41,365 nucleotides of DNA from positions 1 to 41,365 of the IMG/VR virus record IMGVR_UViG_3300033434_000010; one strand, written 5' to 3'. Numbering within the stretch: the first letter of the stretch is position 1; every line of letters begins with the position of its first letter. Origin of the DNA: a virus. Its lineage: Duplodnaviria; Caudoviricetes. Below are positions 6,804-15,453 of this stretch, piece by piece. The notes beneath the pieces are model-generated. The model saw only the letters and a program-made list of their open reading frames with translations. It made no database searches and had not been told where the DNA came from. Made by a program: the position numbers and the translations under genes.

Positions 6804-7250
6804 ATGTCAACAACTAACAAAAAAGCAGACAAGAGCCTTAAAGAGGAGTTGCTTAAGGAGCCCTCTTTAATCAAAGTTGAACCCTCCGAAAAAGCTGAGG
6901 AAAACGAAAAGGCTCCAGAGGTTGCAGAGACTCCTGAAGCACCTGCAGGAAAGAAGACTCAAGTTATTCCTATTAATATGCCCTCAAATCTGCTGATGGG
7001 GTCTAGCCGATTAGCTCATAAGGCTTATAAGGTAGAGACCAAAGTGATTGTAGATATCCCTGAGGGCTCTGTGGGTCTGATACTCTTGAGTCCTAAGCTG
7101 GCAGAACTGACAAGGGTACGTTTAGTTAATCCTACAGTTCTTATCCCTGAGGACTCTGATGAGCCCCTTGTGCTAATCTTTGAGAACCTTGGGATTGACC
7201 CTTATATGCTCAAAGAGGGTACAGAGGTAGCAAGATGCGTTATCCTCTAG
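6804..7250 (+). CDS. Degenerate dUTPase-fold protein with acidic N-terminal extension
   Basis: C-terminal half (VDIPEGSVGLIL...LVLIFENLG..PYMLKEGTEVARCVIL) follows the trimeric dUTPase pattern but lacks the RSG, IDxDY and motif V signatures. Confidence 0.6.
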   Translation: MSTTNKKADKSLKEELLKEPSLIKVEPSEKAEENEKAPEVAETPEAPAGKKTQVIPINMPSNLLMGSSRLAHKAYKVETKVIVDIPEGSVGLILLSPKLAELTRVRLVNPTVLIPEDSDEPLVLIFENLGIDPYMLKEGTEVARCVIL

Positions 7251-7786
7251 TCATTAACCTATTTGGTGGTGCTGGTTGTGGTAAGAGTACTACAAGGGCT
7301 GGCTTATTCTACCTAATGAAGACTGCAGGTATTTCCTGCGAGGAAGCTCCGGAATGGATAAAAGGAGAGGTTTACTCAAAGAATCCTTATCCTACCCAAG
7401 ATCAGCTTTGGGTCTTCGCTAATCAATTCAAGACTCTCAACCAGATTGGAAAGCAGCAGAAGGTAATTGTTACTGATAGTCCTCTGCTACTATCCGTTAT
7501 TTATAATCCCCGTCCATGGTCTGATAGGGAGCTTAACCATTTAATACTGGCGCGTTTTAAAAAGTTCAGGAACCTTAACATATTTATCAAAAGGGTTAAG
7601 CCTTACAACCCTGTAGGTCGCTACCAGAATGAAGAGGAAGCTAAAGAGAAAGATGAGGATATTCTTAAGCTCTTAGACCTTTATGAAATACCTTATGATA
7701 TCGTACCAGGAGATGAAAAGGCTCCTGGTATTATTTTGTCTAAAATCAAAGCAATCTTAGAAAAGGAGACTAATAACATTGGCTAA
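7235..7786 (+). CDS. P-loop nucleotide kinase / NadR-like AAA protein
   Basis: Walker A GGAGCGKST, IVTDSPLL, GRYQ motifs. Confidence 0.8.
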   Translation: MRYPLVINLFGGAGCGKSTTRAGLFYLMKTAGISCEEAPEWIKGEVYSKNPYPTQDQLWVFANQFKTLNQIGKQQKVIVTDSPLLLSVIYNPRPWSDRELNHLILARFKKFRNLNIFIKRVKPYNPVGRYQNEEEAKEKDEDILKLLDLYEIPYDIVPGDEKAPGIILSKIKAILEKETNNIG

Positions 7787-8438
7787 ACAGAAATTCAAAC
7801 AAATCACAACTCCTGCAGGTATTATCTTATGGGCTCACACCAAGAAAGAGGAAGAGTGGAAAGGAGTGCCTACAGGGAAATTCTCATGTCAAATCAAGTT
7901 TCGGACACCTGAGGAAACTGCAGCATTCCAAAGTATGCTTGAGCAGGAATTTGAGCATTTACGAAAGGAGATGCCTGAGTACTTCAAAGACCTTAAACCT
8001 AAAAGAGGGTCTTTACCTACCTTTGGTGAGAAGGAAGACCAAAATGGAGACATTAGCTTTAAGGCTACCACTAAGTCAACCTATAAAAGTAACAAGACAG
8101 GTGAGGTCTTTAATAAAGTAGTTCCTGTGTTTGATGTTAAAGGAAAGCCTTTAGATGCTGTTATTGGTAATGGCTCTATTGGTAAATTAGCAATCTCGCT
8201 GGCTCCTAAATTTAAAGACAACTCCTGTTATGGTATCAACTTATGGCTGGATGCTATTCAAGTTATGGACCTTCAGGAATATTCTGCAGGAGGCGCTCAA
8301 GAAGCTAATGCTTTTGGCTTTGGTCAAGAGGAGGGTTCTTGTGTTGCTGAGGATATGCAGGAGGCTGAGGTTAATCCCTTTACAAATGAAGAGGAGCAGC
8401 CTGTAGAAGCTGAAGCTGCGGGTGTAAAAGATTTTTAG
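7779..8438 (+). CDS. Single-stranded DNA-binding protein (gp2.5-like)
   Basis: TTPAG, IGNGS.GK, L.AIQV..L.EY motifs; acidic tail ending in Phe; synteny. Confidence 0.9.
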   Translation: MAKQKFKQITTPAGIILWAHTKKEEEWKGVPTGKFSCQIKFRTPEETAAFQSMLEQEFEHLRKEMPEYFKDLKPKRGSLPTFGEKEDQNGDISFKATTKSTYKSNKTGEVFNKVVPVFDVKGKPLDAVIGNGSIGKLAISLAPKFKDNSCYGINLWLDAIQVMDLQEYSAGGAQEANAFGFGQEEGSCVAEDMQEAEVNPFTNEEEQPVEAEAAGVKDF

Positions 8439-8460
8439 GGTGAATTGAGCTTGATATTTA

Positions 8461-8934
8461 TTGAAGAGGGCATTTAATCGTAAGGGTGGGTGGCATACTG
8501 TTGTTGCTGATGACTTCAGGTCTGGACTTGAGGTCAAGATTGCAAAACAGTTGGAGGATGCTGGAATACCTTATAGGTATGAGAAGGACACCATAAGATA
8601 TATTATTCCAGCTACCAAGCATATCTATAACCCTGATTTTGTATTGCCTAATGGAATCATTGTAGAAGGTAAGGGTATCTTTGATGTTGATGATCGCAAG
8701 AAGCATTTATACATTAAAGAGCAGTATCCTCACCTAGATATCCGGTTTGTTTTTAGTAACCCACAGACCAAGATCAACAAGGGTTCTAAGACAACCTATG
8801 CTATGTGGTGTCAGAAGCATGACTTTAAGTTTGCTGCTAAGTTAATTCCTGTGGAGTGGCTTAAAGAGGCAGCTAAAGACACTGAAGGGCTTAAACCAAA
8901 GGAGACCAAGAAGGAAAGAAAGCGTGAAGTTTAG
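8461..8934 (+). CDS. Endonuclease I / Holliday junction resolvase (gp3)
   Basis: FRSGLE, Y.PDFVLPNGIIVEGKG, DRKKHL, LDIRFVFSN motifs. Confidence 0.95.
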   Translation: MKRAFNRKGGWHTVVADDFRSGLEVKIAKQLEDAGIPYRYEKDTIRYIIPATKHIYNPDFVLPNGIIVEGKGIFDVDDRKKHLYIKEQYPHLDIRFVFSNPQTKINKGSKTTYAMWCQKHDFKFAAKLIPVEWLKEAAKDTEGLKPKETKKERKREV

Positions 8935-9259
8935 ACTTAGAGAGGGTACAGAGACCCTCATTATCAAACGAGTAGATACAGGAGGTAAATCTGTCAGAGA
9001 ATTAGAGCGTGAAGAATACCTCAAAGGTAAATTTGGGGTGGACTTTCATTATCTAGTTTCTAGTGATGGCTATGTGGAGCCTGGAAGGGAATCTGCTGTA
9101 GTGGCGGGATATCCTCTAGACCCCACAAGGAAAGCTATTGTGGTGATTGTTGAAGCAGAATCAAAGATGAGACTAACAGATGCTCAAGAGGTTGCCTTAG
9201 AATCACTTATAGACAGTCTTCTGGCTACTTATCCAACCCTCGAAATTGAGAGGAGGTAG
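8924..9259 (+). CDS. T7 lysozyme (gp3.5) homologue, truncated and apparently amidase-inactive
   Basis: Between gp3 and gp4. KFRLREGTE, FHYLV..DG.VE.GRE and T.AQ..AL.SL..L.A.YP align with gp3.5; Zn ligands are missing. Confidence 0.8.
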   Translation: MKFRLREGTETLIIKRVDTGGKSVRELEREEYLKGKFGVDFHYLVSSDGYVEPGRESAVVAGYPLDPTRKAIVVIVEAESKMRLTDAQEVALESLIDSLLATYPTLEIERR

Positions 9260-9262
9260 CAG

Positions 9263-10954
9263 ATGGATAGTCAAGAGGAATCTGAGGTAGTTGAGTATCA
9301 TTTAGCCTGCCCTGATTGTGGGTCTAGTGATGCCCTCTGCCTCTACTCTGACTCTCACACCTACTGCTTCGCTTGTCATGTACGAACTAGAGGAGAGCAG
9401 CAAAGTGAGAGAGGACATAGCAAGATGTCTACACGTAGCAAGAAAATACCGCCTATTATTGCTAATGAAGACCTGCTGCTTCAACCGCTTCGAAAACGTG
9501 GAATAACCCAAGATACCTGTGCAAAGTACGGCTATTACCTATCTAAAGTGAATAATGAGTCTGTTCATGTGGCCTGTTACTTCCTGGACGGAACTGTCAT
9601 AGGTCAAAAGATTCGATGGGAAAACAAAGACTTCAGGATATTTGGAGATTTACCTGATATATTCTTTGGTCAATCCTTATTTGCTGGTGGTGGTAAAAAG
9701 TTAATAGTTACCGAAGGAGAGATAGACTGCTTGACAGTATCTCAAGTATTTGGTAACAAGTATCCAGTAGTTTCAATACCCAAAGGAGCAGGGTCAGCTA
9801 AGAAGACCTTCAAGGCTCAGTTAGAGTGGCTAGAGCTTTTTGAAGAAGTTGTAGTCATATTTGACATGGATGATGCGGGGCGAGATGCCCAAAAAAGCAT
9901 AAGAGGTATTGTGAGTCCAGGGAAACTAAAGTTTGTTGAGCTACCCTTAAAAGACCCTAATGAAATGCTGCTCAAGGGACGTACAGAGGAACTTATCAGA
10001 GCTATTTGGAATGCTGAGGTTTATAGACCAGAAGGAATCATCAATGGTAAAAACCTATTTGAAAAGATCGAAGGGCTCAAGGATAAGACTAAAGGACTTC
10101 CTCTCCCTTGGGATATACAACTAAATGAGATGATTGCCGGCCTAAGGACTGGAGAGATAACACTCTTCACGGCTGGCTCCGGTATTGGTAAATCAACCAC
10201 TGTTAGAGCAATCGCACATACCTTAGGTACTGTAGAGAATGCCAAAGTAGGTATGTTATTTCTTGAGGAACCCCCTGAGCAGACAGGTCAGAAGATCATG
10301 TCTATAGAGGCTGGAGTTCCTTTGCATTTAAACCCTGAGGGCATATCAAAGGAAGAACGCAAGAAGGTCTTCGAGAGAACCTTAGGGACTGGCAACTTCG
10401 TCTTTTATGACCACTTTGGGTCTGTCGAGGGAAACACTCTTATCAATCAAATGCGATACATGGCAATATCAGAAGGCTGTAAGTTTCTAGTGCTGGACCA
10501 CATCTCAATTGCTATTAGTGGCCTTGAGGGTGAGAATGAGCGCAGAATCATTGATAACCTTATGACCAAACTTGCTGTATTAACGCAGGAGACCGGGGTA
10601 GGCATACTTGTAGTAAGCCACCTGCGAAAAACTGATGGTAAAGGTAAGAGTCATGAGGAAGGTGGTAAGATCAGCCTTGATGACCTTAGAGGGTCTGGTG
10701 CTCTTAAACAATTATCTTTTACTGTTATTGCTTTAGAACGTAACCAACAAGACCCTGATGAAAGGGCGCGAAATGTAATTCATGTACGAGTGCTGAAGTG
10801 TAGACACACAGGTCAGACAGGTACTGCAGGCTACCTTTGGTATAACCGTGAAAAGGATAGGCTGGAGGCCATCCATGACCTGGAGGCATTCTTAGGCATG
10901 GAGACACAAGAAGAATCAAATGGAGAAACTGGTAGTAAAGATTATGGGTTTTAA
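9263..10954 (+). CDS. DNA primase/helicase (gp4A); probable internal in-frame start at 9425 (gp4B-like)
   Basis: CPDC...CFAC Zn finger, TOPRIM EGEID and FDMD, Walker A AGSGIGKST, LDHISI, DLRGSG. Met55 is preceded by GAGAGAGGA. Confidence 0.97.
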   Translation: MDSQEESEVVEYHLACPDCGSSDALCLYSDSHTYCFACHVRTRGEQQSERGHSKMSTRSKKIPPIIANEDLLLQPLRKRGITQDTCAKYGYYLSKVNNESVHVACYFLDGTVIGQKIRWENKDFRIFGDLPDIFFGQSLFAGGGKKLIVTEGEIDCLTVSQVFGNKYPVVSIPKGAGSAKKTFKAQLEWLELFEEVVVIFDMDDAGRDAQKSIRGIVSPGKLKFVELPLKDPNEMLLKGRTEELIRAIWNAEVYRPEGIINGKNLFEKIEGLKDKTKGLPLPWDIQLNEMIAGLRTGEITLFTAGSGIGKSTTVRAIAHTLGTVENAKVGMLFLEEPPEQTGQKIMSIEAGVPLHLNPEGISKEERKKVFERTLGTGNFVFYDHFGSVEGNTLINQMRYMAISEGCKFLVLDHISIAISGLEGENERRIIDNLMTKLAVLTQETGVGILVVSHLRKTDGKGKSHEEGGKISLDDLRGSGALKQLSFTVIALERNQQDPDERARNVIHVRVLKCRHTGQTGTAGYLWYNREKDRLEAIHDLEAFLGMETQEESNGETGSKDYGF

Positions 10955-11582
10955 AAGAATTGCAGTAGTTGGTGAGATTGCCTCAGGTAAGGATACTGTA
11001 GCTACCTACTTTAAGGAGCACCAGAGGATAACCTTTGGAGACCCCATCAAGGAGATAGTTAAGGCTGTTCGTACAGGTGGCCTATCGTATGCTACAGGGT
11101 TTGCTATGAGCATGTTCAAAATGGAAGACCTTGCGTACCACCAATTACTTGGAGACATCCTTTTTGAGGTCTGGAGTATCCCTAAGAAGGACTCTAAAGA
11201 CCGTGAGGCTGTTCAGTATCTAGGGACTACCATGAGAAAAATCTATCCGGATGTCTGGATAGACTTAGCTTTAGAAAAGGTAGTCGCTCTTGGTGCTGCT
11301 GCACTTATTATTACCGACTGTCGCAAGTTCAATGAGCTTAAGGCTCTCCGTGAAATAGGCTTCACAATGATTTATGTGGATGCCTCTACAGAATCTAGAA
11401 AACGGAGAGCACAATTAAGGGATGGATTGTCAGAAGAGGACTTCCTGGAGGCTTCTGAAAGGGAAGCTGAAAGAGGTATTCGAGAGTTAAGACCTCTATG
11501 TAAATATGTGGTCAATAACTCTGCAGATTCTTTAGATGACCTCTATCGACAACTCACCATAATAGAAGGGAGAAATCGCTAA
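10944..11582 (+). CDS. Deoxynucleoside monophosphate kinase-like protein
   Basis: GEIASGKDT P-loop, FGDPIKE, R...Q.LGT, ITDCR..NE motifs. Confidence 0.85.
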   Translation: MGFKRIAVVGEIASGKDTVATYFKEHQRITFGDPIKEIVKAVRTGGLSYATGFAMSMFKMEDLAYHQLLGDILFEVWSIPKKDSKDREAVQYLGTTMRKIYPDVWIDLALEKVVALGAAALIITDCRKFNELKALREIGFTMIYVDASTESRKRRAQLRDGLSEEDFLEASEREAERGIRELRPLCKYVVNNSADSLDDLYRQLTIIEGRNR

Positions 11583-11894
11583 ATGTTAATTATTAGTGTG
11601 AAGAACCTCAAGAGACTTGAGGATATCAAAGTGGAAATCCAGAGGGCTGCTGAAAGAGTAAGTAATAGCCTTCATACTGGATATGTTTCCCTTTTGACGG
11701 CTCAGAAGAGAGCCCGTTATAATCGCGCTCGTTTTTATATCCTTCAGCGGACCAAGATTTACAATGAGTTCGCTTATATCTCCAATAAAATAAAGGCAGA
11801 GCTTGATAAGGCTCAGGTCAAATGGCAAGCTGAAGATGACAAACTCAAGGCTAAAGCTGATAAGCTCATGGAGGAAGCTAACAAAGGTCTGTAA
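11583..11894 (+). CDS. Hypothetical helical protein
   Basis: 103 aa, abuts both neighbours, GGGAG SD. Confidence 0.7.
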   Translation: MLIISVKNLKRLEDIKVEIQRAAERVSNSLHTGYVSLLTAQKRARYNRARFYILQRTKIYNEFAYISNKIKAELDKAQVKWQAEDDKLKAKADKLMEEANKGL

Positions 11895-11896
11895 GT

Positions 11897-13840
11897 TTGA
11901 AGAACTTCGATATTGAGTCTGATGGTCTCCTTGATACAATCTCTACAATTCACTGTATGGCTGTAGGAGATGTAGATTCTGAGGAGATTGAAGGGTACAG
12001 ACCAGAGGATGTCTATAAAGGTGTTGCTGTACTCCTTGTGGCTCTTGAGAATAATGAGCCTATCTCAGGACACAACATCATCAACTATGATATACCTGCT
12101 ATCCATAAGGTCTGTCCTGAGTTTGACGTTCCAAGACCTAAAAGACACCTAATTTATGACTCACTAGTAATGTCAAGACTACTCTTTTCGAATGTAGGGG
12201 ATATGTCTTATAGCCTTGTACGCTCAGGTGTCCTTCCAGCAAAACTCCAGTTAAGTCAATCATTAAAGGCTTGGGGATATCGGCTAGGTGAACTCAAAGG
12301 GGACTTCACAACCACTGATGAGGGAGACAAGTGGGCTATCTACAATGATGAGATGCTTGAGTATTGCAAGCAGGACGTAAAGGTTGCTATTAAGCTACTC
12401 CAGATGCTCCTCAAGAAAGGTTATTCTCCCGAAGCTATCCAGCTAGAGCATGAAGTAGCTTGGTTAATGGCACAGCAGGAGCGTAATGGTTTCCCTTTCA
12501 ATCGTGAAAAGGCAGAGGAGCTAGAGGTGGTGTTAAGGGCTAGAGCAGCAGACCTCCAAGCTAAACTTATTCAGGAGGTTCCACCTATACCAGATAAGGT
12601 CTTTGTACCTAAGAGAGATAACAAAACCTTAGGATATCAGAAGGGTGTACCTATTCAACGCTACAAGGAATTTAATCCTAACTCAAGACAACAAGTAGAG
12701 TGGATAGTAACTAAGTACTTTGACTACCACCCTGATATCCTTGAGGTCTATAATGTTCCAAAAGATACCCTTCGGAATACTCCGGAGGATGAGCTCTTAG
12801 AGAAGGCTATGAAAGGTGACTATCCCTTATCGATTAGTGATGAGACCTTCACCTTCATTAAGGAGGATGCTGAGAATTGTCCTGAGGGTCTCCAAAAGCT
12901 GGCTGCTATCTTTGAGGAATACTTGATGCTGTCTAAACGTTTAGGCCAGATCGCTGATGGAAAGCAGGCGTGGCTCAAGTGCTATAACGAGAAGACAGGC
13001 TGCATTCATGGCTCAGTTAATCCGAATGGAGCGGTAACTGGGAGGGCTACTCATGCTGCTCCTAATGTTGCTCAGGTTCCTGCTGGACATGCACCGTATG
13101 GTAAGGAATGTAGAGAGCTCTTTATGGCTCCTGAAGGGTGGCTGCAGGTTGGTGTAGATGCCTGCGGGTTAGAGCTGAGGTGTCTTGCTCACTTTATGTT
13201 TCCCTTCGATAATGGAGCCTATGCTGAGGCTGTAGTCCATGGTGATGTTCATACGCTTAATCAGGAAGCTGCTGGTCTAGCCTTAAGGGATGATGCCAAG
13301 ACCTTCATTTATGCCTTTTTGTATGGTGCGGGTGATGCAAAGATTGGTAAGATTGTTAAGGGTTCTAAGGCAGATGGTACAAGACTCAAAAAGAAGTTTC
13401 TAGCTGCTACCCCTGCCATCAGTAATCTCAAGCAAGCCATTCAGGATTCTCTAGTAGCTGAGATGTTTCATGGTAGGGTCCGTAAATGGAAACGCAAGTA
13501 CCTAATAGGTCTTGATGGGAGACACCTCCATGTTAGGTCTCTTCATTCAGCTCTTAACACTTTACTTCAATCAGCGGGAGCTTTGATTTGTAAGAAGTGG
13601 ATAGTGCTAACTGAACAGACGCTAGTAGAAAAAGGCTATAAGCATGGTTGGGATGGTGACTTTGCATTTATGGCCTGGGTCCATGATGAGTTTCAGGCCG
13701 CTTGTAGGACACCTGAGATAGCTGAGGATGTCTGCAAGGTGGCTCAAGAGGCCATGCGGAAAACGCAAGAATACTTTAAGTTTAGAGTCCAGTTAGACAC
13801 TGAAGGTAAAATTGGTAAAAACTGGGCTGAATGCCATTAA
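11897..13840 (+). CDS. Family A DNA polymerase with 3'-5' exonuclease (gp5)
   Basis: FDIE, GHNIINYD, YCKQDV, TGR, DACGLELR, AKTFIYAFLYGAG, VHDE motifs. Confidence 0.98.
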   Translation: MKNFDIESDGLLDTISTIHCMAVGDVDSEEIEGYRPEDVYKGVAVLLVALENNEPISGHNIINYDIPAIHKVCPEFDVPRPKRHLIYDSLVMSRLLFSNVGDMSYSLVRSGVLPAKLQLSQSLKAWGYRLGELKGDFTTTDEGDKWAIYNDEMLEYCKQDVKVAIKLLQMLLKKGYSPEAIQLEHEVAWLMAQQERNGFPFNREKAEELEVVLRARAADLQAKLIQEVPPIPDKVFVPKRDNKTLGYQKGVPIQRYKEFNPNSRQQVEWIVTKYFDYHPDILEVYNVPKDTLRNTPEDELLEKAMKGDYPLSISDETFTFIKEDAENCPEGLQKLAAIFEEYLMLSKRLGQIADGKQAWLKCYNEKTGCIHGSVNPNGAVTGRATHAAPNVAQVPAGHAPYGKECRELFMAPEGWLQVGVDACGLELRCLAHFMFPFDNGAYAEAVVHGDVHTLNQEAAGLALRDDAKTFIYAFLYGAGDAKIGKIVKGSKADGTRLKKKFLAATPAISNLKQAIQDSLVAEMFHGRVRKWKRKYLIGLDGRHLHVRSLHSALNTLLQSAGALICKKWIVLTEQTLVEKGYKHGWDGDFAFMAWVHDEFQAACRTPEIAEDVCKVAQEAMRKTQEYFKFRVQLDTEGKIGKNWAECH

Positions 13841-13854
13841 GGATTAAATAAGGA

Positions 13855-14541
13855 GTGATAATTTTGGTTATTGGAGAAGGAGACTTCTGGATACCTAATG
13901 AGGGCTGTAGACATTCTGCAGCCTATATTTATAAGGAAATCTTTGAGGAACATCTTTATGAGAATGATATGGTAGAGGTAGAGCCTGGAGATGTGGTCTT
14001 AGATGTGGGAGCTAATGTAGGTATGTTCACTACCTTTGCTCTGAATAGAGGAGCCTCCTCAGTTATCTCTATGGAGCCTGATACTGACTGCTTTGATTGC
14101 CTTAAAATGAATACGATGCACAATAAGAGTCTTTCTGTTCTCCAGGCCGCTTGGGCCTTTTCTTGTTATAAGGACTTTGTTTCTTATGATGAGCGCAAGG
14201 GCAGTAGTCATATTAATGGAGCCTACACTACTGAAGCTGATGCACCACATAAATACATTCTTGGTATCCGCTGCATTGCTATAGATGCCCTCCTTAAAAG
14301 TGTTTCTGTAGACTTCATAAAGATGGATATTGAAGGGTCCGAGAAACAAGCTATTTTAGGTGCTGTTGAAACTATAGCTAGGTGTAAGCCTAAATTAGCT
14401 ATTGCTGCTTACCATCATGAGGATGACCTCAAGGACATCCCTAAGCTGCTTAACCTTATCACTCCTTATGAATGCTTCGTTAAGGAATCCCCAATGGGAT
14501 ACAACGAGAAAATCCTATTGTGTAGACCTATTAAGCCATGA
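13855..14541 (+). CDS. FkbM-family SAM-dependent methyltransferase
   Basis: VLDVGANVGMF, EP, VDFIKMDIEGSE, PKLAI..YH motifs. Confidence 0.9.
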   Translation: MIILVIGEGDFWIPNEGCRHSAAYIYKEIFEEHLYENDMVEVEPGDVVLDVGANVGMFTTFALNRGASSVISMEPDTDCFDCLKMNTMHNKSLSVLQAAWAFSCYKDFVSYDERKGSSHINGAYTTEADAPHKYILGIRCIAIDALLKSVSVDFIKMDIEGSEKQAILGAVETIARCKPKLAIAAYHHEDDLKDIPKLLNLITPYECFVKESPMGYNEKILLCRPIKP

Positions 14542-14675
14542 GAGAAAATCCTTGTGTAACCTGTAGGCTCCGTAAAGAGGGTTGTCCGGTGATTCACTGT
14601 AGGCTCCATAAATGTGAGTTTATTCAGGCATGCTTATTGTGTAATTGTAGGAGCCTTAAGGAGTTCTTAAGCTAA
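14538..14675 (+). CDS. Small Cys-rich protein (45 aa, 8 Cys)
   Basis: ATGA overlap with the methyltransferase stop; MRENPCVTCRLRKEGCPVIHCRLHKCEFIQACLLCNCRSLKEFLS. Confidence 0.5.
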   Translation: MRENPCVTCRLRKEGCPVIHCRLHKCEFIQACLLCNCRSLKEFLS

Positions 14676-14691
14676 TTGTGACACATATTGA
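14673..14691 (+). promoter_or_regulatory. Phage RNAP promoter 3 (TAATTGTGACACATATTGA)
   Basis: 17/19 match to the consensus, at a gene boundary. Confidence 0.75.
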
Positions 14692-14725
14692 CCAGAACTA
14701 ACAAAATTTAAGAGGAGGAAGGATT

Positions 14726-15376
14726 ATGTTTGCTACAACTTGGAAGGACCTTATGCCTAGAAAGAAAAGCTTAGAGGAAGTCTTTGATACTTTTAAGGTT
14801 GATGTTTTGAAAGTCTTAAAGGAGACTCAAGAGGCTCAAGAAGGGCAAGCAATATGCCCTACACAGTTAGCTGTTAGACCTATGGGATTTGATGAGGTTC
14901 TTGTGAAGTCTAAAGCAGCCCTTACTTTTAATGAAAGTAGGCAAATATTGAGGAACCCTCCAGTTATTCGTAAGTATACTCGTAGAGGTTGGACTGCTAA
15001 AGGAATGTGGATTAGACTCATCGAGGGCTTAAGAAATGAGAAACCACATTTCATCATGAAGACTTCCTCCGGAGATTTTGCTGTATGGTTCCCTTCAGTA
15101 TGTGACCTCTTAGCTGAGGATTGGGAAGAGGTTAAACAACCAGGAGCTCTAAAGGTAAAGAAACCCTGTACTATCTTCATTAAAGAATGTGACCTGCGAC
15201 ACCTTGGGGGCTTAGAGGATACTACTTTATATGGACAGTTGCACAAGGCTGGTTTTATATCCGTTAAAGCTGTACGTACACTAGGCACTCAATATGGTTA
15301 TGAGTATAAACTTAAGGATACTCCTGAGAACCTCATAGTACCTTTTAAGGTGGTGAATGCTGATGAGTGCTCATAG
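14726..15376 (+). CDS. DUF2829 / Tad2-like domain protein with N- and C-terminal extensions
   Basis: RRGWTAKGMWI...PHFIMKTSSG...WFPSVCDLLAEDW signature. Confidence 0.75.
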   Translation: MFATTWKDLMPRKKSLEEVFDTFKVDVLKVLKETQEAQEGQAICPTQLAVRPMGFDEVLVKSKAALTFNESRQILRNPPVIRKYTRRGWTAKGMWIRLIEGLRNEKPHFIMKTSSGDFAVWFPSVCDLLAEDWEEVKQPGALKVKKPCTIFIKECDLRHLGGLEDTTLYGQLHKAGFISVKAVRTLGTQYGYEYKLKDTPENLIVPFKVVNADECS

Positions 15377-15453
15377 TTTCCCAAGCGGTACGAGTGGCCT
15401 ATAATTGGCCTAATGCTCATATGGAGTCTAATTAGTGACTTGGTTAAGAAGGG

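Noticed and set aside
11897-13840. Introns, inteins or homing endonucleases in polymerase, helicase or terminase
   Set aside because: These ORFs are continuous and of normal length, with no intein or HNH signatures.
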